64,000 bases of DNA, taken from positions 29,034,871 through 29,098,870 of the forward strand of contig NC_092676.1 of the NCBI RefSeq assembly GCF_964355755.1. Direction: 5' to 3'. The number at the start of each line of letters is the position of its first letter. The stretch's first letter is position 1. Below the pieces are notes generated by a model. That model saw only the letters and a list, made by a program, of their open reading frames with translations, was not told the origin of the DNA and made no database searches. This stretch comes from Antedon mediterranea (lineage: Eukaryota > Animalia > Echinodermata). The position numbers and the translations under genes are program-made. Shown in pieces: positions 37,801 through 52,800 of the stretch.

Positions 37801-40800
37801 TTCGAAATTGCTAAGTATTTTATTTTATAGGATTTCATAGCTGAATGTGTTCTTTTTGTGTACACCGACAAGTTATTCATAATATGAGTGGCAACAAATA
37901 CTGCTAGACTGCTAATGTATCTCAGGAGAATTCAACAAAAATATCCAATTTCCAGGTTTTTTGAAAAATTATGAGGAAAGTTTGAAAATCAAGATCTGCA
38001 TATGCAAGTATTTATCAAATTCCATTATAAAATGACTGTATCCGTTTTACAAAATTGCACAGTTATCATAATATTTCATAAACTAACATATTTTTTTAAA
38101 GTGGAGATGCAAAATATATGTTATGTTTTCATTGCATATTTACATTTTCTTTCATGGAACATTAAACTCTCAGCATTTCTCAAACATTTGTACAATATAT
38201 GACACATTTTAAATGTAATATTTTTCCATTTTCCATTTAGATATTCAGTGACATTAACATTTCAAAATATGTTGATGTGTTTAATGTTAATAATGTGAAT
38301 AATTTAAATTAATGAATTTTGTGTGAATTTCTGACACAAATGTCTAAATTATTAATGTACTTTTTGTCCTTTTAATATTAATAGACCTGTCGCCAATCGC
38401 GCAAAGCGGACGTCAAGTGTACAGAGAATAAACTACATCAAATCAAATTCGAACGAAATTTACCGTCATTCTGACATTATACTTTCCACGATTTGTTTCC
38501 ATATTTGTCTGTTTTGGGTAGCGATGGTTTGCTATTATGCTAAAGTCTACATTTTTTCCTTTTAATAAATCTTTTTTTATTTGGTTTATCCAGTTCTCTT
38601 TTCAGTTTTAAAATGTTTTTTTTTATTAAATAAAATACATACCTTCAAAAAATCTGCCATGACAACTATGGCCGGATCAGACAGCGCACTCAACAACTCC
38701 TTAGTGACGCGTTTCTTTTCACGTTTATAGTTTTTCTTCTGCACCTTAAGCGACTCACGTTTTGATATTTTCGTCGACGTAGGGGTACTAGTTGACGCAT
38801 GTCCGTCAACGGCAAGCGCCAACTTTCCTTCAGACTAAAAAAAAGAATAATTGTTAAAGCAAAATAAATGCAATGAAATTAATTTCTTTTAAATTTATTT
38901 TGATACAGTATTTTTATTTGTTAAATTTTATAGGCATTTTCAATTATACTATTACTGTATGTTACAGGGACACTAATTTGACGTTCTGTTGCTGACCTAA
39001 CCTCTTGACCGCTTGTTGTCGAATTAATAAATGAAAAAAAAAGTTACAACCTATTATTAAGACAAAAACAGAACACTTTTATTCAAATATAGCATGCTTT
39101 ATTGTCGATTTGTAAGCTCATTTTTAAAAATAAAATGCAATTACAGGATTGACTACATAATTTGGGACTGCTTTAATTACGGAAGCTTTTCGCAAGTCAC
39201 ACTTTATTAATGATGAGGACGACGCAAGACGTGACAGTCTTAATGCTTAATTACAATTTACTGCAAAGACAGACAAGTCTGTGACAGTTTGAAGACATTA
39301 TTAATTAATAACGTCTATAAATTGACAAGCGAATTAAGACATACAGTACTCTAGTTGAACATGCAAAATGTCCCTCCCTGCACAACACTTTTAACATGAT
39401 ACAAGATAATCCATCGCAAAGCATCATAATCCCATCATGAAAAAAACAGTCAGAAAGAACATTAATTACATTTTTTTAAGTCAGTTTTTGTCTTAAAAAT
39501 ATTTAATGTATACCATTTAAGTTATTATAAATGTATGCTGCCTTAATTTTTTGAATAAATGTTGAATTTCCTTCCAGATATTTTTAAAACTCACATTAAT
39601 TTAATAAACATTATAATTAAAAAGCACTATCTAACTAATTTTGTTATTTCAAGAAATAATGAATGGGTAATACCAGGAGGCTTTTAATTAAATGTCTGCA
39701 TAAATAGTTGTTGAATATCATTTGTTATTTTGGTTAAATCTTGCTATTAATACAACTATCGCAGATTTCAAAGCCACTTCAATATATTCTAGGTCAAATT
39801 TCTAACTGCTTACAATTACTGAACATTTTGTTATTGAAAGAATACTGGATGGACAGAATTGTGAAAATGGATCTACTAATAATGTAAGTGCAATATGGAA
39901 TATTAGGTATCATTAACAAGAGACAGAGACAATGCATGCAAGGACAGACAGACTCTAATTGCAGCCACGTCTTAAATCTGGAAGCGGTACGGCTTATTAT
40001 TACATGAATACTGTACTTAGAACTTATTATTACATGAATACTGTACTTAGAACTTATTATTACATGAATACGGTACTTAGAACTTATTATTACATAAATA
40101 CTGTACTTAGAACTTATTATTACATGAATACTGTACTTAGAACTTATTATTACATGAATACTGTACTTAGAACTTATTATTACATGAATACTGTACTTAG
40201 AACTTATTATTACATAAATACTTAGAACTTATTTTTAAGTACTATAGTTTGTATTGTTGTATTTAACAAACAAAAGGAAGGAAGATAAATTATATCTGAA
40301 TGAATCCCTAGAATAGGAATACAATAGTTCTATTCTAGTATTCAAATTTAAAAGTGTTGTTATAATTAAAAAGTCGTAATCAAATGATCAAAGTTTTCTT
40401 CTATCCATTTTCAAATTATAAGCATTTTGGCCGCTTCTTGTGGAAACCATTGGCACATTAGATTATTTGTTGTTGTTAAGCTCTGTCTACGCTATCAAAC
40501 TTTATGTGACAAATCTAAGTATATGGACATGATGATGTCATATTACTATTATATTTGGCCAAATCACTCCTATATTTGGGCGTTTATTTTGTAAAGCTAG
40601 TTTGATAGTGTAGACAGACCTTTAGAATGTTTACTAAAATTGTAAATAAATAATTTTGTGTTCATTCGGAAAACATCACACAAAACATTTGCTTACCCTA
40701 CTTCGTTGTCCATTAAACTTGGTTGAACCACGAAGAGCTTCACGTTGAAAAAACTCATTTTGTTCTTCTGAACCAAGTACTAAAAAAAACAAAGAAAACA

Positions 40801-43800
40801 TATTAATGTATTAAGCAATTGACATTGTTGAAACAAATGATATTCTTTTGATTAAACTTAAATTATTTATATATCCCACATATGGCATTATATCCAGGAT
40901 TATAGGTAATGTGTCACATAAAGTATTTATCACATAATGTTATGTTAGTTATAGGTACCTGTACCTGTATCATAGGCAAATTCTGTGATAGGCCTACTGT
41001 ACAGTGACACATGTATTACAGTAGGTGTGACACCTGTATCATAGGCAAATTCTGTGATATAGTGTCTCATGTATTAGATGTTACACCTGTATCATTCATA
41101 AGGATGTGTCTACTAAACAAGAGAGTAAGTATTCCTATCAATAATGTTAACTTTGTATTATTTACTTTATCTAATTATGCATTTTGTTACAATTTCTTCC
41201 ATTTTAACAGGTAAAAGTCAGAATGGTTCAACTTTCGACTCTGATGAAGAAAGGGAAATGTGTCACTATATCTATCACAAAATTTTCAAATTCAAAGCAG
41301 GACACTTTAGTAGTAATTGTATACAGCTTATACAATAACATCACTAAGCATATTGTAAATCAACGGATTAACCCATTTAAACACAACATTCACACAATAC
41401 AAACACACAAATAAATCAGTATTTTGCATTTAAATTGCTTATATAAGTACACATTTAAAGTGAACTACTACCACCAGTTAAAACTACACAGAAATTGTAG
41501 TTTTAAATCTTCTATCCAAAGATTTTTGATAATTAAAGAGATTTTGGAATTTATAGTTGAGAATTACAAGTGAAACCATTCTTATTATTAATCATTGGTA
41601 CTTTACAGACAAGTGTTAAGCTCTGTCTACACTATCAAACTTTACAGTATGTGACAAAATGTGCCCATATATGGACATGATGACATCACTACCAAATTTG
41701 GGAATATCACTACCATATTTGAGAATATCAACACTACCATATTTGAGCACATCACACATTTTTGTCAAACTAGCTTGATAGTGTGAACAGAGCTTAAGTT
41801 AAGTCCTGGTTTTCTAATAACATTATAATAAAATATTAAAATCTAACACAGTCGCCTTTCACCATCAAACTAACTTGAAATGAAATACAGTACTAGCCTA
41901 TTTATTCATACTAGATAGTTTTTTATATTGACCATAAACTTCACGTCAATACGTTACCTCTTGAAACCTAGGCTGATTAAAGTAGAGCTATAAAAAATAA
42001 CGAATATAAATGATATTAAATGAAATTGAACGACGACGACAAGCAGTCATCCTTGTTTGAAATAAACCTTCTGGCTCAGAGACAAGACAGTTTTTAGCAT
42101 TTTGCTTCAACTTAAATGAACACTATCAATTTACAGTGTCAACAGAATAAAATAGTATCATTACATTAAAGCTCAGTTGCACTAAAAAAATCTGAAATCA
42201 GTTTATTATTCAACATAAAATGATAAACAAATAGAGAGTTACACCGCTAAATCTTTCAACCTTTAAAATAAAAAGCAAGAATACTCGGCTGCACCAAGCA
42301 GCATTGAGTGGCATGGTGCGCAAAACTCAGCGGGCTAAGATATAATATAAACAATATCTCCTAATTATATAATCAGTAATTTTAGTAATCCAATACAACA
42401 GCTGCATAGATATATACATTACTGTTATTGTACAAATTATATATACAAAGTTAATGAAATCAATGTGGGATCATACAATGTGGGATCATACAATGTGGGA
42501 TCATACAATGTGGGATCATACAATGTGGGATCATACAATGTGGGATCATACAATGTGGGATCGCTCATGGGGGAAAATATTATTAATTTTTACTAAATGT
42601 ATATAATAAAGTATCTCTATTGGTTTCATTCAGGACAGTGTTCCGAGATTTTACATCAAAAAACAATTTATCCCAATATCTAAAATTGTATAAGATTTTT
42701 GTATGTCAATCAGGTAAATTAGAGAGAAAAAGAAAAAATTCTGATGAGAAAAAATTGACTGAAAAATAAGATATCTTACCTGTAGAAAGAGTGGGTACCA
42801 CGCTTTTTGAGCGACCTCTAGGCCGACCTTCCAACTTCAGTTGCGTTGACTTAAACATATTTTTGAATCATACATGTGACTGTAATATCAGTGCTTACAA
42901 TAAGCAAGGAACTTAGTCTGCTACTTATAATGTTCTTTCACCGTAAATCACACAACACAGAAGATAAATTAATTGACCAAGATAAAGATGGATAAAGTCA
43001 TTTCTTAACGTTTTATGAATTCAGCAGTGATGTACACATTCTATTACAAATTACAGATTATTATTAGTAAAAATACAAAGCGTTTTTGAAAACAATTTAA
43101 AGTTTGACAGTGATTTGTTCTCTGCAAGCAAAAATATAAACAAATTTGAATCTGAAGAAAAAATGTAAAGTAAAACAAAATAAAACTAAATAATTATAAA
43201 TAATAATAATAATAATAATTTATTTGGAGATTACACTTTTACAACAGTGGCACTCGACCAAATGAAGGTGCATCCAAGAGAAATATACAAAAAAAAAAAA
43301 CATGATATAGAAAATAACAATATGTTTTCCAAATATTTACTATCAATACCAGAAAAATAGTGTTTCATCCAAAATAATTCAAAGACCAAAATGAACACAC
43401 ATCAGTCTGAAAAAAACTGCAGCAGCACTTGTCACCAACTAAGAATATTAATACAACGTCTTGGTTGAAATTAAAAGTACATATTAAAATAAAAAGAAAG
43501 TATCAGCAAAGATTGAGCCATTGAAACTGAATTAAAAACACATAGAACCTGATGATTACCACGATCGAAAAGAAAAGATGCAGACGTACGGTCTAAGTAC
43601 AACGTGTAATGATGACTAATGGGCAGCCGGCAGCATTCAACGAGATAATTTGACCAATGTATACGATAAATGTCCAAACGGTCACTAACTGTAAACAGAA
43701 GGTTTATAAAGAATGGCAAATCCTGTTTTACGATAATGAAATAAAAGCAAAGATATGTTATCTAACCAATTTATACGTCCCAGTTATTAATATGTCTGAT

Positions 43801-46800
43801 ATGATTGGACGATTTGGACCAATCAATCATGAAGATATGAAGGCCGATTCAGTTTGATTATTCTCTTCTCATTTATAAAATTCCATGTAGCGATGGCATA
43901 GTTATATCAATTACATTAATACATTGAGGCTTTCCTTAAATGAATCCTTATGGATTACACACACACAATCTGGACATATATTTGTTTTCCACGTATCTAA
44001 TGTTACATGATGTATGTATTAATTAATTCCTTATATGGCAGTTTACATTAGGCAATAATTTTCCGTGTGGAGACTCTCTCTCTCAAAATGTACAGTAGTT
44101 ATTTGAATTAGGACACATCGATTTCAATCGCAGCTCGCAAAAACTCATAAATACCACCCAAACTGTATACTAACTAATAGTAATAATAGCCCATCATTCC
44201 TTGAGAGCCTAAAATTGAGACGCCACTCACAGTACTGCACTCAACTTGAGACGCCACTCACAGTACTGCACTCAACTTGAGACGCCACTCACAGTACTGC
44301 ACTCAACTTGAGACGCCACTCACAGTACTGCACTCAACTTGAGACGCCACTCACAGTACTGCACTCAACTTGAGACGCCACTCACAGTACTGCACTCAAC
44401 TTGAGACGCCACTCACAGTACTGCACTCAACTTGAGACGCCACTCACAGTACTGCACTCAACTTGAGACGCCACTCACAGTACTGCACTCAACTTGAGAC
44501 GCCACTCACAGTACTGCACTCAACTGCACTCAACATATTCAAATATGAATTCAAGAACTTCTGAAATATAGTTTTCAGTTTCCATAATAAAAGTTGAAAG
44601 AAGCAGATCCAGTGAGGGCGTGTGGCGCAGTGTGTTGGACGTTGGACTACCGATCGTCAGACCTAGGTTCGAATCCAACTCTCGCCGCATTGCTTGTATC
44701 CGTAGGCAAGATACTTTACTTACGTTGCCTCTCTCCACCCAGGTGTATAAATGGGTACCCAGTTAGATCTAGACACAACTGCGCTGGTTACCGGCTGCAT
44801 TATGGGAGTATGTTTCCATACGTGTTTGATCCCAACAAATACTGGGGTAATAATGCTTGTAAAGCGCCTTTGAGCATGATTACTCATGAAAAGGGCGCTA
44901 TATAAATCTGGTATTATTATTATTATTATATATCCAATCTTTACTACCTGTAGCAAACAGCTAAATACACATATTCCAATATCACAAGTCACCCTTTGTA
45001 TAAAATATATTATCACATTCTTAGCAAATACAGCATATTAATAATGCATCAAAAAATATAGTGACTAGTACTGGTTTATGATGAAACCAATATACAAACA
45101 CATTTGGAAAAGTAAACACGTCTAACAAATACCAAATTCTAAAGGCTCAAAGAAGACAGGTTACTGTACAAAGATACTGAGATTCTTACACAATGTACTG
45201 TACCATGAAGAAGATATTAAATGCATTGAAACTATAAACAACATTCTATTCCGTCCAATCAAATTAAACGCATAGATTATGGTGTTTCCAATTACTAAAT
45301 GGGAAATTTTAGAGATAATTTTAAATTCTAAACATAATTGTTGGCATTATCAGATAAATATTATTTTAATATATTTTAATCAAAACAAAGTAATTTTTTT
45401 TAATTCTTTTAATTTTATCTTAACCATTGAGAATGCTGCAAACAGTACCATGAAAACGAAACCAAACAGAAAATAAAACACGTTATTTCAAAATTAAACA
45501 CAAAAAAATAAAATAACTTCAGAAGCCAGGTGGCACTACATCATATATAAAACAAAAAATAAAATGTAGAATTTAAAAATTAATTAATTAAAGGAAATCT
45601 AAGAGATAAATATGTTTTAAATGAAATGCATGACACACCCTTCAAACGATGCAGCCTGTATCGCCAATATCCTGAATCCAAGTGAGAAGGAACGTTGTTG
45701 TTTAAGCGTGCTAAATGCAAGAAAGCATCCTAAATGCAGGCTGAAATGAACCAACAATGAACAAATACAGCACTAATATTCCCTGGTACCCAGTTGATAT
45801 CCAGTTGATATCCAGGTATTATTCAAACACAATGTTTGTTATCAATAATACACCATGAAAAAAGTTGATGATGTAATAAAGCTACATTGCCTGCAATTCA
45901 ACAATTTACAGACCATAAACCATATTAAACAAGTTAAATACAGTGTTTAATTGAACTCATGACAGAATTAACGAAAAACTTGAAAAACAAAGTATACACC
46001 AAATAGATGATCATTTTCCTATCAATATTCCTATTGGTTTCAATGGTTCAATTATTAACTATTTTCACTAATATCCTGGTACAACAATCAAAGCCCTTGA
46101 TACCTAATCCTTACTTGAACGAGTAAATCACTGCACATAAGCTGATCAATACTTATAAAAATACTTGTTATAAACAAACGGATGAACTAAAGCAGATATC
46201 ACTAGAGATACTGTATCAGTTCCTCTTGCTAAAGCCACTCTCATGATACAAACCTATGCTTTTAATAGTATGATTAATACATGCTGTACAATAAACAATG
46301 TGAAGATTGAAGAGGTCATAAAACCAATCATCAAAATTGACCTCATATAACTTGATTGGTTAAAGAATATATGATTATTTTTTTATGTAAAACAGTAATA
46401 GTATACCTTTGATCTAAAGATAAAGTCTATAAAAATAAATTGGTGATATGATTAGTTTCTATCTATACAAATTACAACCATTAATGATAAATAAAACATT
46501 ATTGCAATATAGAAAAATACATCATATTAATTTACATATATTTTTTAAGATATTACATTAATAAAAAAACAATTCTGATATTATGATAATGTGGTGTTAA
46601 AAAAAGCAAATTACACATTAATGTGGTGGAGGCGGCAAGTAGGACAGATTATGAAGATAACAAGTTTTACGCTTCTTTAAATAAAACATCTAAGCATCTA
46701 ATAGAGGGCACTATAACCTTTTTTTTTTGTTCTGAATAACCATTTTCCTTTCAGATTTTCTGAGATTTTGATTACAAACTTTAAAAAATCATATAAAAAA

Positions 46801-49800
46801 GACGAAAAAAATATGTTTAAATTGCCTTGCTTAAAGTTAAACTGCATCTAGGCTAAACCTTATTAAACTTGTGCATTCCATATTGGGAAAATATGACAAA
46901 CAAACATGGATGACTAAGCATTTCGGGACAACACTTAACCCATATAAGAATGAACTATCAATGTGCTGCACATTATTACCCCAGGTCATTTTTTGGATAA
47001 AAACTTGGCAACATACTCGCATAATAATGCAGCTAACTGTAGTCATCAGCGCATAATAATGCAGCTAACTGTAGTCATCAGCGCATAATAATGCAGCTAA
47101 CTGTAGTCATCAGCGCATAATAATGCAGCTAACTGTAGTCATCAGCGCATAATAATGCAGCTAACTGTAGTAATCAGCGCATAATAATGCAGCTAACTGT
47201 AGTCATCAGCGCATAATAATGCAGCTAACTGTAGTAATCAGCGCATAATAATGCAGCTAACTGTAGTAATCAGCGCATAATAATGCAGCTAACTGTAGTC
47301 ATCAGCGCATAATAATGCAGCTAACTGTAGTCATCAGCGCATAATAATGCAGCTAACTGTAGTCATCAGCGCATAATAATGCAGCTAACTGTAGTAATCA
47401 GCGCATAATAATGCAGCTAACTGTAGTCATCAGCGCATAATAATGCAGCTAACTGTAGTCATCAGCGCATAATAATGCAGCTAACTGTAGTCATCAGCGC
47501 ATAATAATGCAGCTAACTGTAGTCATCAGCGCATAATAATGCAGCTAACTGTAGTCATCAGCGCATAATAATGCAGCTAACTGTAGTAATCAGCGCATAA
47601 TAATGCAGCTAACTGTAGTAATCAGCGCATAATAATGCAGCTAACTGTAGTAATCAGCGCATAATAATGCAGCTAACTGTAGTCATCAGCGCATAATAAT
47701 GCAGCTAACTGTAGTCATCAGCGCATAATAATGCAGCTAACTGTAGTAATCAGCGCATAATAATGCAGCTAACTGTAGTAATCAGCGCATAATAATGCAG
47801 CTAACTGTAGTCATCAGCGCATAATAATGCAGCTAACTGTAGTCATCAGCGCATAATAATGCAGCTAACTGTAGTAATCAGCGCATAATAATGCAGCTAA
47901 CTGTAGTCATCAGCGCATAATAATGCAGCTAACTGTAGTCATCAGCGCATAATAATGCAGCTAACTGTAGTAATCAGCGCATAAGAATGCAGCTAACTGT
48001 AGTAATCAGCGCATAATAATGCAGCTAACTGTAGTCATCAGCGCATAATAATGCAGCTAACTGTAGTAATCAGCGCATAATAATGCAGCTAACTGTAGTC
48101 ATCAGCGCATAATAATGCAGCTAACTGTAGTCATCAGCGCATAATAATGCAGCTAACTGTAGTAATCAGCGCATAATAATGCAGCTAACTGTAGTCATCA
48201 GCGCATAATAATGCAGCTAACTGTAGTAATCAGCGCATAATAATGCAGCTAACTGTAGTCATCAGCGCATAATAATGCAGCTAACTGTAGTCATCAGCGC
48301 ATAATAATGCAGCTAGCTGTAGTAATCAGCGCATAATAATGCAGCTAACTGTAGTAATCAGCGCATAATAATGCAGCTAACTGTAGTAATCAGCGCATAA
48401 TAATGCAGCTAACTGTAGTAATCAGCGCATAATAATGCAGCTAACTGTAGTAATCAGCGCATAATAATGCAGCTAACTGTAGTAATCAGCGCATAATAAT
48501 GCAGCTAACTGTAGTCATCAGCGCATAATAATGCAGCTAACTGTAGTCATCAGCGCATAATAATGCAGCTAACTGTAGTCATCAGCGCATAATAATGCAG
48601 CTAACTGTAGTCATCAGCGCATAATAATGCAGCTAACTGTAGTCATCAGCGCATAATAATGCAGCTAACTGTAGTCATCAGCGCATAATAATGCAGCTAA
48701 CTGTAGTCATCAGCGCATAATAATGCAGCTAACTGTAGTCATCAGCGCATAATAATGCAGCTAACTGTAGTCATCAGCGCATAATAATGCAGCTAACTGT
48801 AGTCATCAGCGCATAATAATGCAGCTAACTGTAGTCATCAGCGCATAATAATGCAGCTAACTGTAGTCATCAGCGCATAATAATGCAGCTAACTGTAGTC
48901 ATCAGCGCATAATAATGCAGCTAACTGTAGTAATCAGCGCATAATAATGCAGCTAACTGTAGTCATCAGCGCATAATAATGCAGCTAACTGTAGTCATCA
49001 GCGCATAATAATGCAGCTAACTGTAGTCATCAGCGCATAATAATGCAGCTAACTGTAGTAATCAGCGCATAATAATGCAGCTAACTGTAGTCATCAGCGC
49101 ATAATAATGCAGCTATCTGTAGTCATCAGCGCATAATAATGCAGCTAACTGTAGTCATCAGCGCATAATAATGCAGCTAACTGTAGTAATCAGCGCATAA
49201 TAATGCAGCTAACTGTAGTCATCAGCGCATAATAATGCAGCTAACTGTAGTCATCAGCGCATAATAATGCAGCTAACTGTAGTCATCAGCGCATAATAAT
49301 GCAGCTAACTGTAGTCATCAGCGCATAATAATGCAGCTAACTGTAGTCATCAGCGCATAATAATGCAGCTAACTGTAGTCATCAGCGCATAATAATGCAG
49401 CTAACTGTAGTCATCAGCGCATAATAATGCAGCTAACTGTAGTAATCAGCGCATAATAATGCAGCTAACTGTAGTCATCAGCGCATAATAATGCAGCTAA
49501 CTGTAGTCATCAGCGCATAATAATGCAGCTAACTGTAGTAATCAGCGCATAATAATGCAGCTAACTGTAGTAATCAGCGCATAATAATGCAGCTAACTGT
49601 AGTCATCAGCGCATAATAATGCAGCTAACTGTAGTCATCAGCGCATAATAATGCAGCTAACTGTAGTAATCAGCGCATAATAATGCAGCTAACTGTAGTC
49701 ATCAGCGCATAATAATGCAGCTAACTGTAGTAATCAGCGCATAATAATGCAGCTAACTGTAGTAATCAGCGCATAATAATGCAGCTAACTGTAGTAATCA

Positions 49801-52800
49801 GCGCATAATAATGCAGCTAACTGTAGTCATCAGCGCATAATAATGCAGCTAACTGTAGTCATCAGCGCATAATAATGCAGCTAACTGTAGTCATCAGCGC
49901 ATAATAATGCAGCTAACTGTAGTCATCAGCGCATAATAATGCAGCTAACTGTAGTCATCAGCGCATAATAATGCAGCTAACTGTAGTCATCAGCGCATAA
50001 TAATGCAGCTAACTGTAGTCATCAGCGCATAATAATGCAGCTAACTGTAGTCATCAGCGCATAATAATGCAGCTAACTGTAGTCATCAGCGCATAATAAT
50101 GCAGCTAACTGTAGTCATCAGCGCATAATAATGCAGCTAACTGTAGTCATCAGCGCATAATAATGCAGCTAACTGTAGTCATCAGCGCATAATAATGCAG
50201 CTAACTGTAGTCATCAGCGCATAATAATGCAGCTAACTGTAGTCATCAGCGCATAATAATGCAGCTAACTGTAGTAATCAGCGCATAATAATGCAGCTAA
50301 CTGTAGTAATCAGCGCATAATAATGCAGCTAACTGTAGTCATCAGCGCATAATAATGCAGCTAACTGTAGTCATCAGCGCATAATAATGCAGCTAACTGT
50401 AGTCATCAGCGCATAATAATGCAGCTAACTGTAGTCATCAGCGCATAATAATGCAGCTAACTGTAGTAATCAGCGCAAAGTTGTGTCTTGATTCAAGATT
50501 CAATTTTATTTGCCAATTTAAAATGGAAATAATATGAGTATATTTTCAACATTAAATTCTAAAATGTATATTTTATTAATAAAAGTATTATTATATAAAA
50601 GATCTAACCGGCACCCATTTTATACACCTGGGTGGAGAGAGGCAAATGTAAGTAAAGTGTCTTGCTTTTTTTTCTTTTTTTTTAAATATATATTTATATA
50701 TATATTTTTGCTTTGTTTGGCAATAAAAGTTGAAAGAAGTAAAGTGTCTTGCTTAAGGATACAAGCAAATTGGCGAGGGTTGGATTTGAACCATGACCTC
50801 ACAATCAGTAATCAAAAGTCCAACATACTGCAGTGCACGCCCTCACATACTATCTGAAGCCCTAGAATAAAAACATCCCCTTTAACCGTGTCCAATCATT
50901 ACTAATCTAAACATTACTTAGTTAATATTGTAAGGGTCTTGTAATTGCCGACATGCAGCAATGATTCATCATCACCATTAATCTATCACTTATTAGTTGT
51001 GTAAACTATGCATGTCATAATAATAATTTATTGTGACTCTAAAGCACTGTCTACATTATAAAACTTTATGTGACAACAAAATGTGATGTTGCCAATATAT
51101 GGAAATGATGATGTAATATCTACCGTAAACTAGTTTGATAGTGCAGATTGTAGCTTAAGATGAGAGTTGTCTGCTGCTTGTCTATTGTCCAGAAATCACT
51201 GTTGTGCCATTATTTATTTGCTTCAATTTATAGTCATATAATTCACACTCTAGGTTTTTGTTAGAGGAAAGCAGCTGTTAATAACTTTAGATACAAACTC
51301 ATAAAAGTTGCTTTTTCTCCTTTGGACATAGTCAAAGCTGTCTGAGTATACAGTATTCACTTTTTTTTTCTTTATTCAAAAGAACGTTGAAATTCTAAAC
51401 ATTATAACCAAACAGTTACAGTTCTTGGACTTTATCTTTCCTTTTTAATGTCAACAAACAGAACCATTCTTTTTTCTTTTACAATTTCATTTACAAAATG
51501 ACATTCTATTTTTAATACTATAAAGGAGGAATTATTCAACTATTATTGGAAGAATAGTTTATATTTGACTGCAAGAATAAATGTAGAATACAAAAGATAA
51601 AAAGCAACAAATGAAAATGACAATTGTACAATCTATTTAAAGATACCACTACAGTATGTGACTCACCATGTTCAAATATAGAAAAAGGGACATTCTCAAC
51701 AAAGCCAAAATCCTGAAATTGATTGGACTACGATAAAAATAAACTTGGAACGCTAAAGATGTATTATATGCTAAATTTAAATATTAAATTAGGAATATAT
51801 GCATTTTCAGTACAATCGGTTAATAAGTCTGTCTGTACAAAAGCTATGAAACATTTACATTGACATTTAGTAGTTTATACTACTACTAGGTAATTCAGTA
51901 TTTTTATGGTATTATTTTTAATCAGGGAAGGTGAAATTCTTCCCTGGTATCAATACCCATCTGTTTATTTACAATACGGCTTATTGCTCCTGTTATTGCT
52001 ATCAAAGTCAGTTGTATTCTAATACATACATACATGGGATCCTCCTCTTCTACGTCGTAGAACTGGAGTCGAAAACCTATTCAGCACCAAATAGCCTACT
52101 AAGGTGTTTGTTAAGAATTTTCTTCAATTGTGTAATGGCTTTGGCTTGCCTGACTTTTAAAACTGTCAAACAATCTTCAACAATCAAACCAACCATACAA
52201 TAATCGCGGAACACTGATCTGTTTTCCAGATAAAACTGATCATGCACGTTTATATAAATACTGTGAATGATTAACAGTTCAGAAATTTCTACATGATTCT
52301 CTGTACTCTATTATCCACATATAATAGATTACTGTATGTGCAGTATCATACTGTAGGCAAATTCTGTAATACAGTGTAACATACTGTATGTATCACATGT
52401 ACCGCCTATACAGTATCATAGGCAAATTCTGTAATACAGTGTAACATACTGTACTGTATCACATGTACCGCCTATACAGTATCATAGGCAAATTCTGTAA
52501 TACAGTGTAACATACTGCACTGTATCACATGTACCGCCTATACAGTATCATAGGCAAATTCTGTAATACAGTGTAACATACTGTACTGTATCACATGTAC
52601 CGCCTATACAGTATCATAGGCCAATTCTGTAATACAGTGTAACATACTGTATGTATCACATGTACCGCCTATACAGTATCATAGGCAAATTCTGTAATAC
52701 AGCGTCACATATTTATAACATGTAGAACATGAATGTTAGGGTTAGGTTAAACAATGGACTACTCTTCCCTGGTTAAATTTATAATATGGCCTATGATACA

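Noticed and set aside
39959-40225. ORF with [10 protein letters not shown] repeats
   Set aside because: Open frame produced by a 30-bp minisatellite in an intron.
44215-44524. 31-bp repeat as a CRISPR array
   Set aside because: No spacers; a simple minisatellite.
44614-44690. tRNA gene
   Set aside because: A/B boxes are present but the cloverleaf is poor and it runs into a CORE-like body and L2-type tail.
47018-50476. CRISPR-like array
   Set aside because: Units are head-to-tail with no unique spacers, there are no cas genes and the context is a eukaryotic intron.
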